The notes: generated by a model from the letters alone, not told the origin. A DNA stretch of 38,021 bases from an uncultured Candidatus Saccharibacteria bacterium (GCA_964563845.1 CAZLYJ010000001.1:1-38021), one strand, 5' to 3'. Counted from the stretch's first letter, positions 23,994-31,401 are shown. A program made the numbers and translations.

Positions 23994-25151
23994 ATGCCTA
24001 CACAATACGCAACGGTTTTCAATCCCATTACGGGACAAAGAAAAAAAGTCATTGCGGGCGACCCCAATGCTTTCAAGGGGGGATTTCAATTAGAAACAAA
24101 ATCTAATAAATTTTCAACGCCGATCACGCCAAATGTGCCAAATGCGCAACCGGCCGAAACTGATTATCGCACAGCGTACGGCTTGCCCGCTTTGGAACAA
24201 AAGGCAACACAACGAGAAACGGATTATCAAAGCGCGGGAAGCGGACAACAAGCCTTTATTGACGCTTTGAAAAAAGCTCTTTTGGGCGGAGATACGCAAA
24301 CGCAAGGATTTCAAGCGGAAAAAGAAAGATTGATTAAACAGCAATACGCGCAACCAACGGATGAAAGACAGCGATTGATTGAAGCGGGCATTGACAATCC
24401 TTTTGAAAGACAGAAAAGAATATCCGAAGCATTGGGGACGACTGAATCGGCCTTGTCTGCCGTGTCTTCCCGTTTGGCCGGACTGGGTAAAAGCCGAGAG
24501 GATTTACTGCAACAGGGAGTAAAAGGATATGAAGCGGATTTAGCGACAAAAGATGAATCAAGACAGGCGGCGGCCAATGCCCTAAAAGAGGCGATGGGCT
24601 TGGTGACCAAGGCGCAAGCCGAAGAAAAAATGAATAAACAAAAACAAGAGGAGGCGCTTTTAGCCAGACAAGAAAAAGCGCAAGAAGCGATTCAAAAGAG
24701 AAAAGAAAAACTGGAAGATGAGGCGCGCGGTTATAAACAGAAAATTGATTTTGAGAAGTTTAAAGCGGGATTGAAACCGAAAAAAGGAACAAGCGGAGGA
24801 GGGAGCATTATAACAGGCGGCACGAAGTTTACCGCTCAAGAAAAAAGAAAGCTGGAACAGGCCGGCCTTACAGACGCGCCGCGGCAAAAACAACTGGATT
24901 TTATTTATGGCAAGGGAACGGAAACAACGCCCAAGCCGACCACTTTGGGAGCGTATGAACCGCTTAAAGGGCAATACGAAGACGCCTATCTTAAATGGCT
25001 GGCCGCTCAATCCACTTTGCAAGGAATGCAATTAGATCCGGCTAATCCCAATGTGCGAAAACAGTGGGAAGCAAGCACGCAGAAAAAATCATCTTCTAAT
25101 TCTTCATCATCCGGTATTCCGTCTTTTGAAGACTTATTAAATCTGCCTTAA
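23994..25151 (+). CDS. Putative internal virion (core) protein, coiled-coil
   Basis: 385 aa with long Lys/Glu/Gln helical segments. The call is positional. Confidence 0.4.
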   Translation: MPTQYATVFNPITGQRKKVIAGDPNAFKGGFQLETKSNKFSTPITPNVPNAQPAETDYRTAYGLPALEQKATQRETDYQSAGSGQQAFIDALKKALLGGDTQTQGFQAEKERLIKQQYAQPTDERQRLIEAGIDNPFERQKRISEALGTTESALSAVSSRLAGLGKSREDLLQQGVKGYEADLATKDESRQAAANALKEAMGLVTKAQAEEKMNKQKQEEALLARQEKAQEAIQKRKEKLEDEARGYKQKIDFEKFKAGLKPKKGTSGGGSIITGGTKFTAQEKRKLEQAGLTDAPRQKQLDFIYGKGTETTPKPTTLGAYEPLKGQYEDAYLKWLAAQSTLQGMQLDPANPNVRKQWEASTQKKSSSNSSSSGIPSFEDLLNLP

Positions 25152-25155
25152 TATT

Positions 25156-28100
25156 ATGCCGTCTATTTTACAGATGATTGCCAATGCCGGTAAAAAGATA
25201 GGGAAAATTCCCGCGCAAAACGCGGCGACTCTCTTGAATATTGCCAAAAAGAATGTAAAACAAACGGGCAAAGGAATAATGGCGGTGTCAAAAGTCGGAC
25301 AAAAAATTCTTCCTTTTGGAAAAACCGTCTTAATTGAAGCGCCAGCCAGAGCGGCCGCTTCAATCGCTTTAGATACAAAAAAACAGCCATTATTGATTCC
25401 TCAATCGCCGGCGGAAAAATTGTTTTTTGGAAAAGAACCAGTAGAGGCATTAAGCAAAAGAATCAAAGAGTCTCCTCAAAAAGCTGAAGCATTGGGTATC
25501 CCAAAAAAAACCGCTCAATTTGTCGGCCCGATGGCGGTTGCCGGATTTACCGTACTTGATCTATTGCCGGCGGGCGGAGCAAAGAAGAAAGCGGTGCAAA
25601 TCGTTAAGCCGTCAATTGCCAAAAATATTATTGAACAAGGAGCGAAACAAGTGGAAAGAATCGCGCCAAAAACCGCCCAAGCGATGAGAGCGATTGATGT
25701 ATCTAAGAAAGCCTTTTCTTCTTTAAGTATTGCAAGAAGCAGTAAAAACGATTTCTTGGATTTAGCGACAAAATCGTATATACCTAAAAGAAAAATAATT
25801 CACGACAAAATTATTTCCTCTGCGATAAAGAACTCCCCAAGCGTTGAACATCCAACCATTACGATCGTTACGGGGCATTCTGCTTCTGGAAAAAGCAGAT
25901 TCGCTAAAGATGTACTGGAAAAAGAGCGTCCAAGCGCGGTTGTTATTGACCCCGATAAAATTAAAATGCAACTTCCGGAAAAAGACAAAATATATCTTCA
26001 CGATGAATCAGGAGATATTGCGACACGATTATTCAAAGAAGCAATGGGGGGTAAAATGGGGGGTAAAAAGGATATTATTTTTATTGGAAATATTAAAAAT
26101 AATGAAAAATATAAAACAATGCTTGACAATTTTCAAAAAGCAGGCTATAATATGGATATTAGAGCCGTACAAGTAGATAGACGCACCGCTTTACAGCGTG
26201 GAATAAAAAGATCGCTCAAACAACCGGTACCGGCAATAGAAGTTGCAAAAAGTTATGACAATTATAAACAAGGACTGGAATTATTAAAAAAGTATTCTAA
26301 TATAAAAGTATATGAAGGAACAAAAGATTTTACAAAACAAGTTGGAAGAACAGAATTCCAAACAACCCAAATACGGAAGTCTGGAATGGGAGGATTCAGT
26401 TTGGGAGGACGCGGCTTACCGAGGGACTCTTCCGGAACAATTGAATCAACCTTCTTCCAAGACGGATCAAAAATAAAAGATGGTTCTTTAAGTATTGGTA
26501 AAACCATAAAAGAACGGGGATTTTTTAAAACTGTAACGGAATCCAAACAGACACCTTCAGAGCTAAAAGGACTGCTTAAAGATACGGGCGCGGGAATTTC
26601 CACAAAGTCTAAATTTTACGATGTGGCTACCGATAAAGCGGCATTAGACGCGGCCAAAACGAAAATCAATCAAAATATTGATGAAGCGTTTTCTTTTGTC
26701 ATATCGGAAAAAAATCCCTCCAAAGAACACATTGCCACCGGTATTGAATTGATGAAAAGATTTTCCGGCGAAGGCAACCAAATAAGGGCGGCTGATATTT
26801 TTGAACATTTAGCCGAACAATTGACTAAATCCGGTCAAACAATTCAGGCCGCTTCCCTTTGGAATAAACTTACTCCTGAGGGACAAATATTAACGCTAAC
26901 CAGAAAAATTAACAGTTATAATAAAAAAATACAAGATACGGGCGGGCTTTTTGGCTTGGGCAAAAAACTTCCCGGATTATCCAAAGAACAAATCAGAGGA
27001 TTATTGGATGAAGCCAGAAAAATAGCTGAAATTCCCGATGAATTAGCCAGAAAAAAAGCGGAGTATTTTTTTCAAGATAAACTCGCCTCATTTATTCCTT
27101 CATCGGGTTTAAAAAAAGCAGTAACGGTTTGGAAAGCCGGTTTATTGACGGGATTAAAAACGAGCGGACTAAATATCGGATCAAATATTTCTCATAGTAC
27201 CCTTTTAGAACGGGTTAAAGATATTCCAAGCGCGGGAATTGATATTATTGCCTCATTATTTACCAAAAAACGAACCTTGCCGGCATTTGCCGGAGGATAC
27301 AGAAAAGGACTTAAAGAAGGAGCCGAAAAAGGCTGGGAATATGTCGCTACCGGATTTGATGAACGAAATATCGGAGCAAAACTTGATTTGCAAAAAGTTA
27401 ATTTTTCCAAAGCCCCCATTGGCCGATTTCTTCAAAAATATACCAATACTGTCTTTCGCGTTATTGGCGGAGAAGATCAGCCGTTCTTTTATGGTTCTTT
27501 AAGCCGCGCAATTTTTTCGCAAGTCAAAGCTAATGGAATGAATCAGGGTTTAAAGGGTACAACCTTGAAAGAATTTATAGAAAACGGCATTAAAAATCCT
27601 TCCGAAGATATACTGAAAACCGCGTTAAAAGAAGCAGAAATAGCCGTCTTTGCCAATAAAACAAAATTGGGACAATTAGGCCGCGGTATTCAAAAAATGG
27701 GCGGCGGTCTTGGAGAGTTTGCCGTTCCTTTTTCTCGCACGCCATCAGCCGTAGCAATGCAAGTAATCAATTATAGTCCGATTGGATTCATAAAAACCGT
27801 GGCGGAAAATATCGGTAAGGGCAAATTTAATCAAAGAGCTTTTTCACAAGGAATAGGACGCGCCATTACCGGCACGACTATTTTAGGCTTAGGCGCCCAT
27901 TTAATGAATAAAAACAAAATAACGCTTAATTATCCGACGACCGATAGAGAACGGCGGCAATGGGAATTAGAAGGGAAACAAGCCAATAGCATTAAAATCG
28001 GCAATAAGTGGCGCTCCGTCGCTTCTTTTGGGCCAGCCGGATTCGCTTTGTTAATCGGCGGACATATTCAAAAAGCCTATAATGATACAGGAAGCGCAGT

Positions 28101-28839
28101 TAAAGGAATGGGTCAAATTATCGGCGGCGCGAGCAAATCTTTTACTGAGCAAACATTTTTAAAAGGAATAAATCAAATAACGGAAATATTAAATGATCCG
28201 GTGCGCAATGGTCCGGCTTGGTTAAAGAATTTTGTCGCTTCGTTTATCCCCACACTTTCAAAAGATATAGCCGTTTCTCTTGATCCTTATCAAAGAAAAA
28301 CAGAAAATATTCCGGAAGCGGCGGCGGCGCGTATTCCTATTTTACGAACTTCCGTATTGGAAAATAAACCGAAAATAGATGTGCTGGGCGAACCGCTAAA
28401 AAGACAACAAAGCGCGATTGCTTCGCTTCTTGATCCGACCAGACCGTCAACTATCCAGTCAACTTCCGTTATCAATGAATTAAATCGTTTAACGGAAGCG
28501 GGTTATAAAGTAACTCCGACTCAATTTGGCGAAGAAAAAAAATTTGATATTTTAACCGATGAACAAAATATTAACTTGCAAATGGCGGCGGGACAAAACT
28601 TAAATAAGGTTTTGGGAAAAATAATAATCAGTGATTGGTGGCAAACCGCCGATGATGAAATGAAAGAAAAAGCGATAAATAAATACACGGAAGACGCAAG
28701 ATTTTACGCACGAATGGGAATGCTGAATTTTCTCTTGTCAGATATAAAAGACCAAAATCAAAAAATATTGAAATTAAAAGAACTCATCAAAGACGGATTC
28801 GTCAACAAAGAAATGTATAATAAATTTATGCTAAAATAA
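25156..28839 (+). CDS. Giant internal virion / ejection protein with embedded zeta-toxin-like P-loop kinase domain
   Basis: 1227 aa. Residues about 205-390 (nt about 25770-26325) read PTITIVTGHSASGKSRFAKDVL...AVVIDPDKIKMQLPE...IIFIGNIK...KAGYNMDIRAVQVDRRTALQRGIKR. This matches the zeta/PezT-family pattern of a Walker A, then IDxD..r..xP, and later GY.v.l..v.v...a..R...R. Confidence 0.6.
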   Translation: MPSILQMIANAGKKIGKIPAQNAATLLNIAKKNVKQTGKGIMAVSKVGQKILPFGKTVLIEAPARAAASIALDTKKQPLLIPQSPAEKLFFGKEPVEALSKRIKESPQKAEALGIPKKTAQFVGPMAVAGFTVLDLLPAGGAKKKAVQIVKPSIAKNIIEQGAKQVERIAPKTAQAMRAIDVSKKAFSSLSIARSSKNDFLDLATKSYIPKRKIIHDKIISSAIKNSPSVEHPTITIVTGHSASGKSRFAKDVLEKERPSAVVIDPDKIKMQLPEKDKIYLHDESGDIATRLFKEAMGGKMGGKKDIIFIGNIKNNEKYKTMLDNFQKAGYNMDIRAVQVDRRTALQRGIKRSLKQPVPAIEVAKSYDNYKQGLELLKKYSNIKVYEGTKDFTKQVGRTEFQTTQIRKSGMGGFSLGGRGLPRDSSGTIESTFFQDGSKIKDGSLSIGKTIKERGFFKTVTESKQTPSELKGLLKDTGAGISTKSKFYDVATDKAALDAAKTKINQNIDEAFSFVISEKNPSKEHIATGIELMKRFSGEGNQIRAADIFEHLAEQLTKSGQTIQAASLWNKLTPEGQILTLTRKINSYNKKIQDTGGLFGLGKKLPGLSKEQIRGLLDEARKIAEIPDELARKKAEYFFQDKLASFIPSSGLKKAVTVWKAGLLTGLKTSGLNIGSNISHSTLLERVKDIPSAGIDIIASLFTKKRTLPAFAGGYRKGLKEGAEKGWEYVATGFDERNIGAKLDLQKVNFSKAPIGRFLQKYTNTVFRVIGGEDQPFFYGSLSRAIFSQVKANGMNQGLKGTTLKEFIENGIKNPSEDILKTALKEAEIAVFANKTKLGQLGRGIQKMGGGLGEFAVPFSRTPSAVAMQVINYSPIGFIKTVAENIGKGKFNQRAFSQGIGRAITGTTILGLGAHLMNKNKITLNYPTTDRERRQWELEGKQANSIKIGNKWRSVASFGPAGFALLIGGHIQKAYNDTGSAVKGMGQIIGGASKSFTEQTFLKGINQITEILNDPVRNGPAWLKNFVASFIPTLSKDIAVSLDPYQRKTENIPEAAAARIPILRTSVLENKPKIDVLGEPLKRQQSAIASLLDPTRPSTIQSTSVINELNRLTEAGYKVTPTQFGEEKKFDILTDEQNINLQMAAGQNLNKVLGKIIISDWWQTADDEMKEKAINKYTEDARFYARMGMLNFLLSDIKDQNQKILKLKELIKDGFVNKEMYNKFMLK
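26123..26151 (+). promoter_or_regulatory. Perfect consensus promoter hexamers (TTGACA-17-TATAAT) inside the giant gene
   Basis: ttgaca attttcaaaaagcaggc tataat, in the sense orientation, coding LDNFQKAGYN. Confidence 0.4.
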
Positions 28840-28953
28840 CCATTCTTTCATATAAGGAACGGTATAATAAAGAAATGCTAAAAACATCCAAATTAAAAAT
28901 ACGGCGGCTAAAATAGTTGATATTCCGTCAAGAAATTTATCCCATTTATTCAT
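28831..28953 (-). CDS. 40-aa single-pass membrane peptide, antisense orientation (not in the ORF track)
   Basis: Translation: MNKWDKFLDGISTILAAVFLIWMFLAFLYYTVPYMKEWLF. It overlaps the 3' end of the giant gene by 9 nt. Confidence 0.3.
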   Translation of the reverse strand: MNKWDKFLDGISTILAAVFLIWMFLAFLYYTVPYMKEWLF

Positions 28954-28996
28954 ATAATTACAAGCTAACATAAACTAAAATAAAAGTCAATAACTT

Positions 28997-29290
28997 ATGG
29001 AAAATCAACCGATAGATAAAACTCAAATCATCATTCACGGCATTTTGGCCGCCATAGGCGGAATAGTCCGAGTATTGGCGGAAAATAAGAAATATTCAGT
29101 CTGGTATTATTTGTCGCAGACGGTTATTTCTTCTTTCTCCGGTGTGATTGTCGGTCTGCTGTTAAAAGAATTTATGAACAGCGAATATTTGATAATGTCA
29201 TTTAGCGGAATGGCGGGATATTCCTCATCCGGTATTTTGCACATACTCTCCGTAAAATTGCAGAATTATTTAAAAGATAAACCTTTGTGA
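28997..29290 (+). CDS. Putative holin (multi-pass membrane protein)
   Basis: 97 aa with three hydrophobic segments (GILAAIGGIVRVL, VISSFSGVIVGLLL, FSGMAGYSSSGILHIL) and a charged C-terminus. Confidence 0.45.
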   Translation: MENQPIDKTQIIIHGILAAIGGIVRVLAENKKYSVWYYLSQTVISSFSGVIVGLLLKEFMNSEYLIMSFSGMAGYSSSGILHILSVKLQNYLKDKPL

Positions 29291-29291
29291 T

Positions 29292-29399
29292 ATGAATATC
29301 CCGCCTGTGGATAAACCCCTTGATTTCTTCACATTAACTATTATACTTATTCTATTGGGATTGATTGTCGTTTCTTTGATTCAATTTTTAGGAAATTAA
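29292..29399 (+). CDS. 35-aa membrane peptide (not in the ORF track)
   Basis: Translation: MNIPPVDKPLDFFTLTIILILLGLIVVSLIQFLGN. It starts 1 nt after the previous stop codon. Confidence 0.35.
   Translation: MNIPPVDKPLDFFTLTIILILLGLIVVSLIQFLGN
29306..29314 (-). promoter_or_regulatory. Perfect DnaA box (TGTGGATAA on the plus strand)
   Basis: Exact reverse complement of TTATCCACA. Confidence 0.35.
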
Positions 29400-29490
29400 G
29401 AGTTTAATCGGGTAATTTGACTTTTTTTGGATATTTGATTGAACTTTTTTAAAGGTAATTATAAACTTCTTACGAAGTCGCGATACGGAA

Positions 29491-29649
29491 ATGATAGGAT
29501 TTGCAATATTTTTAATACTGATTTTTGCAATAATCGGCGGCATAGTCTGGCTGTATTTTATCCTGGATTTCTTAAAATTCCTTAAAATCACGATTGTTTT
29601 TCTTTTTTTCTTGATAGCAAATTGGCATATTCTGAATGATAAATTATGA
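29491..29649 (+). CDS. 52-aa two-helix membrane peptide (not in the ORF track)
   Basis: Translation: MIGFAIFLILIFAIIGGIVWLYFILDFLKFLKITIVFLFFLIANWHILNDKL. Its stop overlaps the rusA start as ATGA. I prefer it to the antisense track ORF 29388..29591. Confidence 0.4.
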   Translation: MIGFAIFLILIFAIIGGIVWLYFILDFLKFLKITIVFLFFLIANWHILNDKL

Positions 29650-29978
29650 AAAGTAAACTAGAAATACGGCCATTAAGCGTCAATGCTTGCTGGCAAGGAC
29701 GCCGCTTTAAAACTCCGGAATATAAAACCTATGAAGAAGAAATGCTTTTGCGTCTGCCAAAAGAGAAAATGATAAAAGGCAATGTTGAGGTATATATTAT
29801 TTTTTTCTTTAAATATCCAAAAAAAAGAGATGTGGATAATTGTATTAAACCGATTTTAGATATTTTTGTAAAAAAAGGATATATAGAAGACGATCGTTTC
29901 ATCACACATCTGGATATTTCAAAAGAAAAAAGCGAGAAAGAAGGCTTTGCTTTTGAAATTATTGAAGAAATTTTATGA
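29646..29978 (+). CDS. rusA: RusA-family Holliday junction resolvase
   Basis: RPLSVNACWQGRRFKTPEYKTYEEE...KRDVDNCIKPILDIFVKKGYIEDDRFI matches the RusA pattern, including the D.DN..K...D and DD motifs. Confidence 0.75.
   Translation: MKSKLEIRPLSVNACWQGRRFKTPEYKTYEEEMLLRLPKEKMIKGNVEVYIIFFFKYPKKRDVDNCIKPILDIFVKKGYIEDDRFITHLDISKEKSEKEGFAFEIIEEIL
29831..29839 (-). promoter_or_regulatory. Perfect DnaA box (TGTGGATAA on the plus strand), inside rusA
   Basis: Exact reverse complement of TTATCCACA. It falls on coding sequence (DVDN), so it may be incidental. Confidence 0.25.
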
Positions 29979-30250
29979 AAAGAAAAGGTCGCCATAGAAT
30001 TAAAAAATATTATTGGTTAATCAAACATTTATTATCATTGATAATTAAAAATAATATTATGTATTCTAAAATCAAAGAATTAGTGTCATCGGTTCGTTTT
30101 CTTCAACTGGTGATCGTAGCCATTTTGCAGATTGTCGCCAAAGAAGTGCCGGATAGCAAAAGCATTATTGACGCGGTATCGGCTTTATTGGTCGGCTCGG
30201 TAGCGATAGGAACAATTGATCGCGCTTCAACGAAAATAGGCGGGAAGTAA
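29975..30250 (+). CDS. Hypothetical protein (91 aa, or 63 aa from the ATG at 30059)
   Basis: The ATG at 29975 overlaps the rusA stop as ATGA. The alternative start at 30059 has the common aaaataatattATG context. Confidence 0.45.
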   Translation: MKRKGRHRIKKYYWLIKHLLSLIIKNNIMYSKIKELVSSVRFLQLVIVAILQIVAKEVPDSKSIIDAVSALLVGSVAIGTIDRASTKIGGK

Positions 30251-30266
30251 AAACAAAATAACCGCT

Positions 30267-30410
30267 CGGTATCGCGGATATCTTTAGCGATATCGGGACT
30301 TTAAGACCACCTAATCACTGGCTATACGGGAAAACATTAAGGACTGGGAATATACTCGGGCCTGAAATGACAAAGCCGCTATGATGGCGGTACAATGGCC
30401 CGTATATTTA
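30267..30410 (+). other. Structured non-coding segment (candidate ncRNA or leader)
   Basis: There is no ORF longer than 13 codons on the plus strand. A 9-bp hairpin forms from cggtatcgc / gcgatatcg (30267-30295). A long helix forms from aatatac(tc)gggcc / ggcccgtatatt (about 30347-30410) and encloses a ccgc/gcgg hairpin. An upstream tatacggg (30323-30330) can pair with the same cccgtata. The segment is visibly more GC-rich than its flanks. Confidence 0.4.
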
Positions 30411-30427
30411 TCTTCTGTATAAGTTAG

Positions 30428-30468
30428 ACGCATTTTGTACACATCTTGGACACATCTCTAAAATGCGT
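30428..30468 (+). promoter_or_regulatory. Operator-like inverted repeat overlapping a candidate promoter
   Basis: The arms acgcatttt (30428-30436) and aaaatgcgt (30460-30468) flank two direct repeats acacatct (30439-30446 and 30450-30457). The candidate promoter is ttgtac-18-taaaat (30435-30464). Confidence 0.45.
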
Positions 30469-30546
30469 ACAAAAAACCATAAAAAAAGGACATTAAATGC
30501 ATAGATTTACTGTTCTTTGATAAAATAACCAACAAAAGGAGGTGAA

Positions 30547-30699
30547 ATGAAAACTTTAAAATGCGAGAAGTGCGGCGGTTTCACCGAACATCTTTTTAAC
30601 GGCAGTTGCGAAATCTGCAAATGGTGTCTGAAAATTTATCAATTTTCAGATGAGGAAATTTTAAATGAGATAAGAAAGCGAGGGTACAACAATGAATAA
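30547..30699 (+). CDS. 50-aa zinc-ribbon protein (not in the ORF track)
   Basis: A strong SD aaggaggtga lies immediately upstream of the ATG. Translation: MKTLKCEKCGGFTEHLFNGSCEICKWCLKIYQFSDEEILNEIRKRGYNNE. Confidence 0.55.
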   Translation: MKTLKCEKCGGFTEHLFNGSCEICKWCLKIYQFSDEEILNEIRKRGYNNE

Positions 30700-30973
30700 G
30701 TCATTCATTGAACACAAAGACGAGGTAAGCTTGGAAGAAGTCAACCAAATGCTGGAAGACTTGGATTCTCTGCTTTACGAAGTGGAAAGATTTAATGAAG
30801 TCCTATCGGAAAAGATTATCAAAAGACACCCGATCTTCTGCTCATTTATTCGCGCTCTCTTAATTTCCAACTGCCACGCCACAAAAGCGACCATTCAAAT
30901 CCGGCACATCTTGGAAAAAACGCTGGACGGTTATTTAGACAAGAGTGATGACAACTCATCGGCTCATTCATAG
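30692..30973 (+). CDS. Hypothetical protein (93 aa)
   Basis: Track ORF. It overlaps the previous gene by 8 nt. Confidence 0.5.
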   Translation: MNKSFIEHKDEVSLEEVNQMLEDLDSLLYEVERFNEVLSEKIIKRHPIFCSFIRALLISNCHATKATIQIRHILEKTLDGYLDKSDDNSSAHS

Positions 30974-30984
30974 GAGGGATAACA

Positions 30985-31179
30985 ATGTTAAAAGGACACT
31001 GCCTGAAAAAAGGAATATTGATTGCTGATAGGAAGTTAATAGACTTTTGCTTAAAAGTTGAGTGCAAATTCTTGCGCTGGAAAATCTGGCGGGTGGAAAG
31101 AAACCTGCGCCGATTGGGCCGCATACAAGATTTAAAGGAGAACAGCGATGACAACAATGGAAAGGTTAGAGTTAGATAA
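30985..31179 (+). CDS. Hypothetical basic protein (64 aa)
   Basis: Track ORF with an SD ggaggg 7 nt upstream. Confidence 0.45.
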   Translation: MLKGHCLKKGILIADRKLIDFCLKVECKFLRWKIWRVERNLRRLGRIQDLKENSDDNNGKVRVR

Positions 31180-31342
31180 ATGCAAGGGAGGTTGCGGGCG
31201 TATCAAAAAGCATAGTGTTTGGATTTTTATGTCTGAATATCAGAAAGTCTTGATCGTAAAGTATTACGATGTGTCTTACAAGCTTAGCTTTCTATGCGAT
31301 GATTGCCGAAAAAAGATATTGGCTGGCGAACCGATTGAATAA
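31148..31342 (+). CDS. Zinc-ribbon protein (64 aa)
   Basis: CKGGC...CDDC motif. An SD aaggag lies upstream. Confidence 0.45.
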   Translation: MTTMERLELDKCKGGCGRIKKHSVWIFMSEYQKVLIVKYYDVSYKLSFLCDDCRKKILAGEPIE

Positions 31343-31358
31343 CGCCTCCTTAAACTGA

Positions 31359-31396
31359 AAAGCGGCCTCTTTTTCTTTTAGAAGCCGCTTTATTTT
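31359..31396. terminator. Bidirectional hairpin terminator at the convergence of the two arms
   Basis: Stem aaagcggc / gccgcttt (8 bp, with 3 more pairs after one mismatch). T-rich tracts follow on both strands. Confidence 0.6.
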
Positions 31397-31401
31397 CCGC
31401 G

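Noticed and set aside
24114-25031. Minus-strand ORFs (75-123 aa) opposite the 385-aa coiled-coil gene
   Set aside because: They are antisense frames of a Lys/Glu/Gln-rich coding region, which gives Phe/Leu/Ser-rich strings. They have no independent signals.
25156-28839. Tape-measure protein interpretation of the 1227-aa ORF
   Set aside because: I recognised no tail tube, sheath, chaperone-frameshift pair or baseplate genes. The three-gene series of increasing size after the fibre genes fits podovirus internal/ejection proteins better. This remains an inference from gene order.
29388-29591. Minus-strand 67-aa ORF
   Set aside because: It is a basic, low-complexity product isolated in a plus-strand block. 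The plus-strand 52-aa membrane ORF covering the same DNA is ATGA-coupled to rusA and is more plausible.
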